From Gemmatimonadota bacterium (lineage in GTDB: Bacteria > Gemmatimonadota > Gemmatimonadetes > Longimicrobiales > Gaopeijiaceae): 64,000 nucleotides of DNA. The translations under genes and the position numbers were made by a program. Position 1 is the first letter of the stretch; each line of letters begins with the position of its first letter. The stretch lies in the NCBI GenBank assembly GCA_034521595.1, contig JAXHMG010000003.1, positions 128,001 to 192,000 of the forward strand, given 5' to 3'. Under the pieces are notes generated by a model. That model was not told the origin of the DNA and ran no database searches. It was given only the letters and a program-made list of their open reading frames with translations. Positions 40,375-50,835 of this stretch are shown one piece after another.

Positions 40375-41781
40375 ATGTTCCTGACACAAAAGCACCTTCC
40401 GCGTCGAACTTTCCTGAGGGGCATGGGCGCCTCGGTGGCGCTCCCGTTGCTGGACGCCATGACTCCCGCGGGGAGGCCGTGGACGGATTCCATGAAGGAA
40501 GCGGAGAAGACCCGTTTCGTCGGGATCGAGATGGTCCACGGCGCCGCGGGCTCGAATGAGTGGGGCGCCGAGCAGAACCTCTGGGCCCCGGCACAGGTGG
40601 GTCGGAACTTCGACCTTTCGCCGAGCGTCCTGCGGCAACTCGAGTCGTATCGCGACTATCTCACGATCGTGAGCAACACGGACGTGAGAATGGCCGAGGC
40701 GTTCGAGCCCAAGGAGATCGGAGGTGACCACTTCCGTTCGAGCGCGGTGTTCCTGACGCAGTCGCATCCGAAGCAGACGGAAGGCTCCGATGTGTACGTC
40801 GGAACCTCGATGGATCAGCTCTACGCTCAACGGTTCGGTCAGGACACGCCGATTCCCTCCATGCAGCTCTGCATCGAGAACGTGGATCAGGCTGGCGGCT
40901 GCGCCTACGGCTATGCGTGCGTCTACACGGACACCGTGAGCTGGAAGTCGCCTACCGAGCCCCTGCCGATGATCCGTGATCCGCGGGTCGCGTTCGATCA
41001 GATCTTCGGCGCCGGAGCGACCGCAGAGGAGCGGGCGGACCGCATGAAGACGAACCGGAGCATCCTCGACTGGGTGGCCGGTGAAGTGAGCGGTCTCAAG
41101 CAGACCCTGGGTCCGACGGACCGTAGACGCATGGATCAGTATCTCGAGAACATCCGTGACATCGAGAAACGGATCCAGCGGATCGAGGAACGAAACCGGA
41201 GCGGGGAGATCCGCGACTTGGCTGGCGCCCCCGCGGGCGTGCCCGACGACTTCGAAGAGCACGTCAAGCTGATGTTCGACATCCAGGTGCTGGCCTTCGA
41301 GTCCGACATGACCCGCGTCTTCTCGTTCAAGATGGGACGTGACGGTTCCGGACGCGTCTATCCCGAAAGCGGTGTCGACAACGGCTTCCACCAAGCGTCG
41401 CACCACGGTGGCACGCCGGAGCGCGTCATGGATTTCGCCAAGATCAACGAGTACCACGTCGGGCTCTTGCCGTACTTCCTCGAGCGACTGAAGGAATCGA
41501 CGGAAGGCGACTCGAACCTGCTCGAGAAGACCATGATCGCGTACGGGTCGCCGATGGCGGACAGCAACATCCACAACCATCGTCGCTGCCCGCTCATGTT
41601 CCTTGGTGGAGGCAATGGCGCGCTGCCGAAGGGTGGGGTCCATCTGAAGGCCCCCGACGGCACACCGATGGCGAATGTATTGCTTGGCGCGTTGCACGGG
41701 CTCGGACTCGATGACCGCGAGGAGTTCGGTGACAGCACCAGTGACTTCCCGTTGTCCGTGCCGGCAACGACGGCACTTTGA
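40375..41781 (+). CDS. DUF1552 (HXXSHH) protein
   Basis: PRRTFLRG..ALPLLDAM; SMDQ; DMTRV; HQASHH. Confidence 0.9.
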   Translation: MFLTQKHLPRRTFLRGMGASVALPLLDAMTPAGRPWTDSMKEAEKTRFVGIEMVHGAAGSNEWGAEQNLWAPAQVGRNFDLSPSVLRQLESYRDYLTIVSNTDVRMAEAFEPKEIGGDHFRSSAVFLTQSHPKQTEGSDVYVGTSMDQLYAQRFGQDTPIPSMQLCIENVDQAGGCAYGYACVYTDTVSWKSPTEPLPMIRDPRVAFDQIFGAGATAEERADRMKTNRSILDWVAGEVSGLKQTLGPTDRRRMDQYLENIRDIEKRIQRIEERNRSGEIRDLAGAPAGVPDDFEEHVKLMFDIQVLAFESDMTRVFSFKMGRDGSGRVYPESGVDNGFHQASHHGGTPERVMDFAKINEYHVGLLPYFLERLKESTEGDSNLLEKTMIAYGSPMADSNIHNHRRCPLMFLGGGNGALPKGGVHLKAPDGTPMANVLLGALHGLGLDDREEFGDSTSDFPLSVPATTAL

Positions 41782-41800
41782 GCGTAATTGGGGAGAGACG

Positions 41801-43744
41801 ATGAATAGGAAGTTTCGAGTCAACGTCCTCGGGGCCTTGTTGGCCACTCTGTTGGTGACGGCAGGCTCCACGGATTCGCCCGTGGCGGATGCCGCACAGC
41901 GCGGTGACGTCGAGGCCGTGGTGGCCTTGCTGGAGCAAGGAGCCGATGTCAATGCGGCTCAGGGCGACGGCATGACGGCGCTCCACTGGGCGGCCCGGAA
42001 GGGCAACGCCGAGTTGGCGGAGGTGTTGTTGTATGCCGGAGCCAGCACCGAAGCAACCACGAGACTCGGAGGATATACGGCTCTGCACCTCGCGAGTCGC
42101 TCCAGAAACGAGCGCACGGTCGAGACACTCCTGGAGCACGGCGCGGATGCGGGCAACCCGACCGCGACCGGAGCACGGGCGCTCCACCTGGCTGCGGAGG
42201 CGGGTGATTCCACAACGGTGTCCGTCCTGCTCGAGAACGGGGCGGAAGTCGATGCACGCGAAGACGTTTATGACCAGACGCCGTTGATCTGGGCGACCGC
42301 GAATAACCGTGTCGAAGCGATGCGGACCCTTCTGGATGCGGGAGCCGACGTCAAAGCTCAGACGGCGGTGGTGGACTACGCGCTCCAGAGCGAGTTGGAT
42401 CGAGTGGATCGGCAGCGCCGCAATCGCATCCAGGATGCTCGTATCGAGGCCGAGCGCGAAGCTCAGACGGAGCGTGAAGCTCGGCTGGCCGAAGAACGGG
42501 CAGAGGAAGAGGGCGAGCAGAACGCGGTAGCATCCGAACCCGCGAACGCGGAAGAAGACGAGCCCGCGGAGGAGGAAGAGTCCGAGGGCGAGGAAGAAGG
42601 CGCTTCCGAAAACGAGGACGCAGCGGACTCCGAGGAAGAATCGGAGGCCGAAGCCGCTGAAGAAGAAGAACAGGAAGAGACTGCGGAAGACGAAGAGGCG
42701 CCCGAGGAGGAAGAGGACGAATCCGAGGAGTCGGAAGCGGATCTCGAACCTCTCGGCTATTCGGATCTGGTCGGCAAGGAAGGCGGCCTGACGCCCCTTC
42801 ACTATGCCGCGCGTGACGGTTATGCGGAGGCGGCAGAGCTTCTTCTGAGCCGTGGCGCGGATGTGAACCAGCCGAGCGGAGACGGCACGACACCGTTGCT
42901 CATGGCCACGATCAACGGCAACTACGACCTCGCGGTCCGGTTTCTCGAGGAAGGTGCCGATCCCAATCTCGACAGCGAAGACGGCGCGACGCCGCTCTTC
43001 ACGACGCTCAATAACCGGTGGGCACCGAAGGCACTGTTCCCGCAGCCGACTGCGTTCAAACAGCAGCGGACCGATTACCTCGAGATGATGGAGGCCCTCT
43101 TGGATGCGGGCGCGGATCCGAACCATCGGACGAAGCGTCACATCTGGTACACCTCCTACAACTTCGATCTGCTCGGTGTCGATTTCGTGGGGGCCACGCC
43201 CTTCTGGCGGGCCGCATACGCTCTCGACGTTTCGGCGATGAAGCTCCTCGTGGAGCATGGCGCCGACCCGACGATCCCGACCAGGAAGCCGGCCAGCCGC
43301 CGGTACCGTGGCGGTGGTGATGAAGACGAGGACGAAGACCCCTCCGGTCTGCCGCCCGCGAAGGTTGGTGGTCCGGCCGTCTATCCGATCCACGCCGCGT
43401 CCGGCGTCGGCTTCGGCGAGGGGTTCGCCGCCAACTCGCATCGGCACGCACCCGACCAATGGGTACCCGCGGTGCGTTACCTGGTGGAAGAGCTCGGCGC
43501 GGATGTGAACGCGCGGGACCACAACGGCTATTCGCCCGTACACCACGCGGCGGCTCGTGGGGACAACGAGCTTATTGAATACCTGGTCTCCCAGGGTGCG
43601 GACGTGACTCTGGTGAGCCGTGATGGTGAGACGACCGTCGACTTGGCGAACAGTCCGGTCCAGCGGATCTCTCCGTTCCCGAAGACCATCGATTTACTCG
43701 AGAGTCTCGGAGCGAAGAACAACAACAACTGCGCGATCTGCTAA
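41801..43744 (+). CDS. secreted ankyrin-repeat protein with acidic insert
   Basis: Many GxTxLHxAA..GADVN repeats; signal peptide; long Glu-rich tract; C-terminal CAIC. Confidence 0.92.
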   Translation: MNRKFRVNVLGALLATLLVTAGSTDSPVADAAQRGDVEAVVALLEQGADVNAAQGDGMTALHWAARKGNAELAEVLLYAGASTEATTRLGGYTALHLASRSRNERTVETLLEHGADAGNPTATGARALHLAAEAGDSTTVSVLLENGAEVDAREDVYDQTPLIWATANNRVEAMRTLLDAGADVKAQTAVVDYALQSELDRVDRQRRNRIQDARIEAEREAQTEREARLAEERAEEEGEQNAVASEPANAEEDEPAEEEESEGEEEGASENEDAADSEEESEAEAAEEEEQEETAEDEEAPEEEEDESEESEADLEPLGYSDLVGKEGGLTPLHYAARDGYAEAAELLLSRGADVNQPSGDGTTPLLMATINGNYDLAVRFLEEGADPNLDSEDGATPLFTTLNNRWAPKALFPQPTAFKQQRTDYLEMMEALLDAGADPNHRTKRHIWYTSYNFDLLGVDFVGATPFWRAAYALDVSAMKLLVEHGADPTIPTRKPASRRYRGGGDEDEDEDPSGLPPAKVGGPAVYPIHAASGVGFGEGFAANSHRHAPDQWVPAVRYLVEELGADVNARDHNGYSPVHHAAARGDNELIEYLVSQGADVTLVSRDGETTVDLANSPVQRISPFPKTIDLLESLGAKNNNNCAIC

Positions 43745-43795
43745 CGAGCGGAGGCGGAGCCCCTTCGGCCACGTGAGCGCCGGGGGCGGATCGAG

Positions 43796-43837
43796 GAAGA
43801 GGCGGTTGAGTCCTCATCGGGCTCAGCCGCCTCTTTC
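43796..43837 (+). terminator. terminator hairpin after the ankyrin gene
   Basis: AAGAGGCGGTTGAGTCC-TCATC-GGGCTCAGCCGCCTCTT stem, short T run. Confidence 0.6.
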
Positions 43838-43928
43838 GTGTCCGCGTCCCTTGCATCTGTGTGGGCCCTTCCGTATTGCTTTCGAGATGCATCGATATTC
43901 TTTCTGCCATCCCACACCCGACGATTTC

Positions 43929-44930
43929 ATGAGCACGACCGTTCGACTCGGACCGACCTCGCTCTTGCTCGCACTCGGCCTCGCGGCCTGTGGGCCCGCC
44001 GCATCGGATGATGCGAGCTCGGGCGCGAACACCACGGAGGAGGTGGAGTCCATTCGCACCGCGGACCCTGACGCCCGCGGTTACAACGACGAAGACTTCC
44101 CACGCGTCCAGGAGGTCGGGGACGGTGTGTATACGTACGAACAGCTGCGTTCGGCCGGTGACGAACGATTCACCACGGTCAGCCTCTTCGTGGTGACCGA
44201 GGAAGGCGTGGTGCTCGCGGACGGTCAAGGCAGCGTCGAAGAGACGGAGAGGCTGGTGGACCACATCGGGGAGATCACCGATCAGCCCATCACCCACGTG
44301 GTGATTGGCTCCGATCACGGGGATCATACCGGCGGGAACGCCGCGTTACCCGAAGATGCACGCTACTATGCGCATCCGACATCAGCCGCGGCTCTCGAGT
44401 CCCGGGCCGAATCCGCCGACGACCCTTCGGCGGTTCGGCTGGCCACGGACCTCGTGGAAGACCGCACCGTCCTGGAACTCGGTGGCCGGGAGATCGATCT
44501 ACGGTTTCTAGGCCGAGCGCATACGGGTGGAGACCTCGTGGTGTATTTGCCGGAAGAGAAGGTCCTCTTCATGAGCGAGGCTTATCTTCATAGAGTGTTC
44601 CCCGCGATGCGGTCCGCCTTCCCGTCGGAGTGGGTGGAGATGATCGAGCGGGCGCAGAGCATGGATGTCGACATGTACGTACCCGGACACGGGTTCGTGG
44701 ACTCCCCGGGGATTCTGGAAGAGGAGCTGGAGGTGTATCAGAGCGCGATCGAGCAGGTGATCGACGAGGCGAGGCGGCTACACGACGAAGGGCTCACGCT
44801 CGAGGAAGCACAGGAACAGGCGGATTTCGGAGCTCTGGAGGATTGGTCGCTACGAGCGAGCCAGGGCCCGATCGCGATCCGACGAGTCTACGCGGAGTTG
44901 AACGGCGAACTGCCGGGTGGTGAACGGTGA
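43929..44930 (+). CDS. MBL-fold metallohydrolase lipoprotein
   Basis: Lipobox LAAC; SDHGDHTGGN, AHTGGD, VPGHG. Confidence 0.85.
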   Translation: MSTTVRLGPTSLLLALGLAACGPAASDDASSGANTTEEVESIRTADPDARGYNDEDFPRVQEVGDGVYTYEQLRSAGDERFTTVSLFVVTEEGVVLADGQGSVEETERLVDHIGEITDQPITHVVIGSDHGDHTGGNAALPEDARYYAHPTSAAALESRAESADDPSAVRLATDLVEDRTVLELGGREIDLRFLGRAHTGGDLVVYLPEEKVLFMSEAYLHRVFPAMRSAFPSEWVEMIERAQSMDVDMYVPGHGFVDSPGILEEELEVYQSAIEQVIDEARRLHDEGLTLEEAQEQADFGALEDWSLRASQGPIAIRRVYAELNGELPGGER

Positions 44931-46174
44931 TCACGAGCACACGCTGCACACTCATTCCCGGTTCTCGCGATCGAGCGGGCATGGATCCGATCTTCCGGTT
45001 GCACGGAGAAGCGACGCGACGGGCGGCCGAAGGAGAGGACATCCTCAATTGTACGATGGGCGCGTTGATGGACGAGGACGGTAACCTCTCCGTGCTTCCG
45101 TCCGCCATCGAAGCGCTCCGCTCGGTGTCGATTCCGAGCGTGTCGGGCTACGGTCCAATCCCTGGAGATCCACGCTTCCAGGACGCGGCCATACGTGACC
45201 TCCTCGGTGAAAGCGAGTTGGCCGAGCACGCTCTGGCGTTGGCGACTCCGGGGGGGACCGGAGCCATCTATCAGACGGTGGAGAACTTTCTCGAACCCGG
45301 ACAGTCGCTGCTCACCACGAACTATCGATGGGGGCCATACGGTGACATCGCGGCCCACGCCGGGCGCGGGCTCGAAACGTTCAACATGTTCGACGCCGAC
45401 GGCGCCTTTGACGTGGCCGCCATGGAGGAAGCCGTTGGGCGGCAGGCCCGAGAGCAGCAACGGGTCCTGCTCGTGCTGAACTTTCCCAGCCACAATCCGA
45501 CCGGATACTCGTTGAACGAGCGCGAATGGGACGCCGTGGCCGACGTGCTCGTTGGCGCGGCCGAGAGCGTGCCCGTGACGGTGCTCATGGACTGCGCCTA
45601 CCTCAAGTATGGTGGAGATGCGATCCATGCCTGGGACGCGGTGCTGCCTCGACTCGTCGACCACATGACCGTTCTGTTCGCTTGGACGGCTTCGAAGGCC
45701 TTCACGCAGTATGGACTGCGGGTGGGTGCGCTCATCGCGTGCCACCGAGATCCGGAAGAAAGGGACCAGCTCACCCGGGCCCTCAACTACACGTCCCGGG
45801 CGACGTGGTCCAACTGCAACCGGCTGGGGATTCGGGCCATCACCGACCTCATCATGGACCCCGATCTCAGGGAACGCTCCGACGCGGAGCGCCAGGAGTT
45901 GATCGACCTGCTGGCTGCGCGCACGAAGGTGTTCAACGAGTCGGCGCGGGAAGTGGGGTTGGACTGGCCGCGCTTCGAGAGCGGCTTTTTCGTCTCGGTG
46001 TTCACGCCCGAGCCCGAAGTAACGGCCGCGAAGATGCGCGACGCCGGAGTGTTCGTGATCCCGATCAACGGTGCCGTGCGCGTGGCCCTATGCTCCACGC
46101 CGACCCGAGCGCTACCCCGGCTGGTCGAGGCGTTGTCGGACGGCGTGGAGGCGGCGACGGTATCGGTGGCGTGA
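44927..46174 (+). CDS. aminotransferase class I/II (aspartate/aromatic type)
   Basis: TPGGTGA, WGPY, HNPTGY, DCAY, TASKAFTQYGLRVG; GTGA-coupled. Confidence 0.88.
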   Translation: MITSTRCTLIPGSRDRAGMDPIFRLHGEATRRAAEGEDILNCTMGALMDEDGNLSVLPSAIEALRSVSIPSVSGYGPIPGDPRFQDAAIRDLLGESELAEHALALATPGGTGAIYQTVENFLEPGQSLLTTNYRWGPYGDIAAHAGRGLETFNMFDADGAFDVAAMEEAVGRQAREQQRVLLVLNFPSHNPTGYSLNEREWDAVADVLVGAAESVPVTVLMDCAYLKYGGDAIHAWDAVLPRLVDHMTVLFAWTASKAFTQYGLRVGALIACHRDPEERDQLTRALNYTSRATWSNCNRLGIRAITDLIMDPDLRERSDAERQELIDLLAARTKVFNESAREVGLDWPRFESGFFVSVFTPEPEVTAAKMRDAGVFVIPINGAVRVALCSTPTRALPRLVEALSDGVEAATVSVA

Positions 46175-46208
46175 ACGGAGGATAGGACGGCAACCGCGTA
46201 GCCCGGGC

Positions 46209-47100
46209 TCAGTTCATCGACGACCGGCCCGTGGCTTCGTGTCCACGGAGAATCACATCTTCCGCCTCCTCGGGCGATCCATACAGCAGGAGGCCCTGAA
46301 AACCCTGTTCGATCCGGTCGACGATGTTGTCCCCGTTCGCGGTCATCATGCTCGTCATTCCGGCTTCCGTCGCGAGTCGCAGCACGTCGTCGCACGCCGC
46401 CTCGGCAGCCTTCTCGGTCGCCGTCCATGTCACTCGTGAGGCTCCCGATGCCGCAGGAGAGCATGCTGTAGCCCGGAATGGAGGCAATCTCGTCCGCGGC
46501 GGCTACCGCCTCCTGGTCTTCCACCATCAGCATGGCGATGACCGATCCGGTGGGATTGTCCGGCGACCATACGTCCGCGCCGGCCTCTCGAAAGAAGCTC
46601 GTCGCGAGCCGGGCTTCCTCCGGACTGCGGACGTGCGGGATGACGACGCCGTCAGCGCCGATGTCGAGGACTTCGGCGACCCGTTCTCGGGTGGCGTCTT
46701 CGCCCGCGTCTCCGATCGTCGGAATGCGTACCAGCAACGTGGGGCGGTGTCCGGTCGTGCCGGTCTCGAGCCCTTCGACGATCGTGCGGACCGCCTCGGG
46801 ATCGTATGCGCCTTCCAGATTGAGGAAGAGGTAGTCGAGCAGCGGATTGTCCGCCAGCGCGCGGGCGCCTTCGACGGTGTACATCGGGGGAAGCCGATTC
46901 CCTTCCGCGTCGGTGGCGCCCTGCTCACGCTCGTTGGGGACGAAGATGCCGAAGGCCGGCGTATCCGCATTCCAGAGCTCAATCAACTCGGGGCTACCGC
47001 TCCCGGAGATCGAGGCTTCGGAGGAGGCCATGTCGCTGCCCCCCGTGTCTCCGCAGGCGATGAGGAGCGGAGCGATCAACATCCAGGACGCACGGCGCAT
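46209..47100 (-). pseudogene. HpcH/HpaI aldolase-fold lipoprotein, frameshifted near 46410
   Basis: Lipobox LIAC; LLVRIP, GADGVVIPHV, LMVED in one frame; C-terminus AAEAAC..RIEQGF in another frame, matching the adjacent paralog. Confidence 0.75.
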
Positions 47101-47102
47101 GG

Positions 47103-47930
47103 TCAGCTCTCCCGCCCGGCGGCTGCACGTCCGACTTCGATCGCTTCGGGCTCCGTCACGATGAAGAAGCGGAACCCTTGCTCGATGCGGGATTCGATGT
47201 CGTCCACACCCGCGGTGATGCCGCAGGCGACGTCCTGTTCCAGGCACGCGGCGAGAACGGTCTGGATCGCGTTCTCCACCGCCTCCATATCGCCTTCATA
47301 GGCCCGGCGGAGGTCACCCGGCCCCGGGATGACGACGCCCGCGCCCGGCGTGCCGACGATCTCGGTTGCGCGCTCGATGCCGATCTGGTCTTCGATGAGC
47401 AGCACGTTGAGCACATCTCCGTCCGGATTCGTCGGCCAAAGGCGGTCCCCGACCGCTTCAGCCGCGAGCTCGGCGTCTTCGACCGACTCCACGTGCGGGT
47501 AGACGATCGCGCTCGCCCCGGCCGCGAGGCCCTGAGCCGTACGCTCGACGGCGGCTTCCCGGTCGTCGCGGATCGGAGGGATGCGCAGCGCGAGCGGGGG
47601 CGGGGGACCGGCCGAGGCCTCCTCCAGGCCCGTCATGTATGCACCCATGGCATCGAGGTCGAATGGCCCGGACTCGAGCGAGTAGAAGACGAAGTCGACG
47701 CCGCTGTTCTCCGCCATCATCCTGCCGCCTTCAGGCGTCTGCTCTCCGGAGAAGATCCCGAAGACCACCTCGTCGTCCTCGAGCAGCTCGATCATACGGT
47801 TGCCCTGCACGGCTTGGGACGCGGGCGTGTCGGACATCTCCGCGCCGTCGTCGCCCTCCGTACCGCAGGCCGAGAGCACCAGCGGCATGAGCGTCAGTGC
47901 TAGAAAGGACTTCGCTCGCATTCCTGTCAT
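47103..47930 (-). CDS. HpcH/HpaI aldolase-fold lipoprotein
   Basis: Lipobox LSAC; LRIP, IVYPHV, LIED, PGPGDL, RIEQGF. Confidence 0.82.
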   Translation of the reverse strand: MTGMRAKSFLALTLMPLVLSACGTEGDDGAEMSDTPASQAVQGNRMIELLEDDEVVFGIFSGEQTPEGGRMMAENSGVDFVFYSLESGPFDLDAMGAYMTGLEEASAGPPPPLALRIPPIRDDREAAVERTAQGLAAGASAIVYPHVESVEDAELAAEAVGDRLWPTNPDGDVLNVLLIEDQIGIERATEIVGTPGAGVVIPGPGDLRRAYEGDMEAVENAIQTVLAACLEQDVACGITAGVDDIESRIEQGFRFFIVTEPEAIEVGRAAAGRES

Positions 47931-48129
47931 GACATGATCCCTTGAGGTCCATGGAAATCGGAGACACCGATGTAACGTCCTCGGGCCTTTCGCGACAGGG
48001 TCCGAGGGTCGTTGGGTAACTCGTGCAGGTGGCTCACTCCCGTGGGCGGGGGTACCTTTTCGCCTTGGGCACGGCGCACGAACTACGGGGCTCCGTCCGG
48101 TCCCCACCGTCACTCGAGAAGGATTCACG

Positions 48130-48735
48130 ATGCTCAATCGGCCGCGTTTCGCCCCAATGATCCTCGCCGTTCCGTTCATTCTGGGATCGTCGGGCTGCGC
48201 CACGGTCCAGCAGATGATGGCTGTGCGTGACGTCGATTTCTCGTTCGACCGTGTGGCGGAGGTGAACCTTGCCGGGATCGATATCGAGGCGGTGAGCTCG
48301 TTCTCCGAGCTCGGTCTTTCCGACGCCAGTCGGTTGATGACGGCCGTATCCGAGCGTGACCTTCCCCTGACGCTGGATGTGCACCTCCGAGCGCTGAACC
48401 CGGAGGACAACGCGATCGATGCTCGGCTGGTCCGCATGGATTGGACGCTTCTCATCGAAGGGCGGGAGACGCTGTCCGGTGTGTTCGACGACGAGGTCGT
48501 GCTGCCGCCGGGAGAGCCGAGAGACGTGAGGGTGCCCGTGTCATTGAACCTCGTGGAGTTCTTCGACGGCTCGGCTCGAGACCTCGTGGAGCTCACGCGC
48601 TCTTTGGCCGGGATCGGAGGGAGACCGGCCGAGGTCGCTCTCAGGGCATCTCCCGTCGTGGAGACTGCCGTGGGTCCGATCCGGTATCCGAGACCGTTAA
48701 CTCTCGCGCGCGGCACCGTGGGAGGTGCGCGGTAG
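48130..48735 (+). CDS. LEA-2/WHy-like lipoprotein
   Basis: SGC lipobox; ALNP.DN; beta-sandwich pattern. Confidence 0.65.
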   Translation: MLNRPRFAPMILAVPFILGSSGCATVQQMMAVRDVDFSFDRVAEVNLAGIDIEAVSSFSELGLSDASRLMTAVSERDLPLTLDVHLRALNPEDNAIDARLVRMDWTLLIEGRETLSGVFDDEVVLPPGEPRDVRVPVSLNLVEFFDGSARDLVELTRSLAGIGGRPAEVALRASPVVETAVGPIRYPRPLTLARGTVGGAR

Positions 48736-49587
48736 GGGATCGTCGAAATCCAACGCCACGTCGAGCGACGGCGCGGAGTGCGTCAACCAACCCACCGAGA
48801 TCCAATCCACCCCGGTGGCCGCGACGGCACCGACCGTTTCCAGGGTGATGCCTCCGGACGCCTCGAGCACGCAGCGCCCGCCCGCTCGACGGACCGCATC
48901 ACGCATGCGTTCCGGTTCCATGTTGTCGAGCATCACGATGTCGGCCCCGGACTCGATCACGGGCTCGAGGTCATCCAGGGACTCGATCTCCACTTCCACC
49001 CTGAAATCCGGGCCGACATGGTCCCGAGCTCGCCGCACAGCTTCCGCGGGGGATCCGACCGCCGCGATGTGGTTGTCCTTGATGAGCACGGCGTCGTAGA
49101 GGCCCATTCGGTGGTTCTTCCCCCCTCCCGCACGCACCGCCGCTTTCTGGAGGGCCCGGATACCGGGCACGGTCTTGCGCGTATCCACGATGCGCGCTCC
49201 GGTACCGGAAACTCGGTCAACCAGCCGGGACGTAGCGGTCGCGACACCGGAGAGCTGTCCCAGCATGTTGAGGGCGACTCTCTCCGCCGACAAGATCGCC
49301 CTCGCCGGGCCGGTGACGCGCGCGAGGCGACTCCCGCCCTCGACCGAGGCCCCGTCTCGCACGAGCGCATCGATGTCGACGCGATCATCAAGCAGCTGAA
49401 ACGTCCTGAGGGCCACGTCCAGGCCTGCCACGCACCCGGATTCCCGAGCCACCATGTAGGCGGTCGCCGTCGCGTCTTCGGGGATCGTGGCCGAGGACGT
49501 GACGTCCCCCGCGTCACCGAGGTCTTCGTGGAGGCTCGCGCGGAGAAAGGCGTCGAACGCTCCCTGTAGAGGCTCGGACCCGTTCAG
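48697..49587 (-). CDS. nadC: nicotinate-nucleotide pyrophosphorylase (carboxylating); probable CTG start
   Basis: EDL..GDVTS lies upstream of the first ATG; DTRKT, NHRMGL, IKDNH, EVE, LDN, EASGG. Confidence 0.95.
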   Translation of the reverse strand: MNGSEPLQGAFDAFLRASLHEDLGDAGDVTSSATIPEDATATAYMVARESGCVAGLDVALRTFQLLDDRVDIDALVRDGASVEGGSRLARVTGPARAILSAERVALNMLGQLSGVATATSRLVDRVSGTGARIVDTRKTVPGIRALQKAAVRAGGGKNHRMGLYDAVLIKDNHIAAVGSPAEAVRRARDHVGPDFRVEVEIESLDDLEPVIESGADIVMLDNMEPERMRDAVRRAGGRCVLEASGGITLETVGAVAATGVDWISVGWLTHSAPSLDVALDFDDPLPRTSHGAARES

Positions 49588-50561
49588 ACCTGGACCTCGA
49601 GCATGCGCTCGACTGCGGTGCGTGCTCTGGCGGCGACATCCGGTGTGACCGTGACTTCGTTTTTCATGTCACGGAGGCTGTCCCGGATCCCTTCGAGGGT
49701 GATCCGCTTCATATGAGGGCAGAGGTTGCACGGCCGGATGAACTCGGTGTCGGGAGACTCCGCGGCGACGTTGTCGCTCATGGAGCATTCCGTCACCATG
49801 ACGACTTGCCGCGGGCGCTCGTTATGAACCCAATCGATCATGCGGGCGGTGGAGCCGACGAAGTCGGCCTCGTCGAGGACGTCCGGTGGACACTCCGGAT
49901 GCGCGATGATTTGAATGCCCGGATGTTGGGATCTGTAGGCTTGGAGCTCCGCGCCGGTGAAACGCTCGTGAACCTCGCAGGACCCGTTCCACAGAACGAT
50001 CTCGACGTCGGTTTGCGAGGCGACCCAGCGCCCCAGATACTGGTCGGGTAGGAAGATCACCTTCGGGACGTCTAGGGATTCGACGACCTGGACCGCGTTG
50101 CCGGAGGTGCAGCAGATGTCCGATTCGGCCTTCACCTCGGCCGACGTGTTGACGTACGTGACCACCGGAACGCCGGGATACCGCTCACGCAGCAGCCGGA
50201 CATCGTCGCCGGTGATCCCTTCCGCAAGCGAGCATCCGGCTTGGAGGTCGGGGATCAAGATCGTCTTGTGCTCGTTGACGATCTTCGCGGTCTCCGCCAT
50301 GAAATGAACACCCGCCATGACGATGACTTCCGCGTCCGTCTCGCTCGCCATGCGAGCGAGGGCGAGGGAGTCCCCTTTGAGGTCCGCGGCGCCGTGGAAG
50401 ATGTCGGGCGTCATGTAGTTGTGGGCCAACACCACGGCGTTTCGCTGCTGCTTCAACTCGTCGATCTCGACGAGGATGGGTTCCAAGGCCGCGATCTCCA
50501 CGTCCGGCAAGACTCCGGCCAGACGCTCCTGGGGGCCGACTTCGGTCGAAGGTGTGGTCAC
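49584..50561 (-). CDS. nadA: quinolinate synthase
   Basis: [40 protein letters not shown]. Confidence 0.97.
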   Translation of the reverse strand: MTTPSTEVGPQERLAGVLPDVEIAALEPILVEIDELKQQRNAVVLAHNYMTPDIFHGAADLKGDSLALARMASETDAEVIVMAGVHFMAETAKIVNEHKTILIPDLQAGCSLAEGITGDDVRLLRERYPGVPVVTYVNTSAEVKAESDICCTSGNAVQVVESLDVPKVIFLPDQYLGRWVASQTDVEIVLWNGSCEVHERFTGAELQAYRSQHPGIQIIAHPECPPDVLDEADFVGSTARMIDWVHNERPRQVVMVTECSMSDNVAAESPDTEFIRPCNLCPHMKRITLEGIRDSLRDMKNEVTVTPDVAARARTAVERMLEVQV

Positions 50562-50835
50562 GACGACTCCGGGTTGTTGAACGGATAAAGACGGGCGATC
50601 GATTGCGGTCCAACTACGAAATGAATACACCTCAAGCGGCCCGTAGATTCACTCTGGCCCGGAACGCCGGGGGTAGACGCGTGTTTCTGGACGCGGACGT
50701 GAAGCTAGACGGCACGGCGCTTCCCTACAAGAATGGGGGGCGTCGCCCGATTTTCCGAAAACCTCCGTACGGCGTTGGGTACCGGCGCCGTACTCGTTAG
50801 CTTCGAAGCTCTTCATCCTCGCAGGAAAGGGTCTC

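Noticed and set aside
50602-50623. NrtR-like box upstream of nadA
   Set aside because: Weak palindrome with GT-N6-AC rather than the usual GT-N7-AC; no regulator gene nearby
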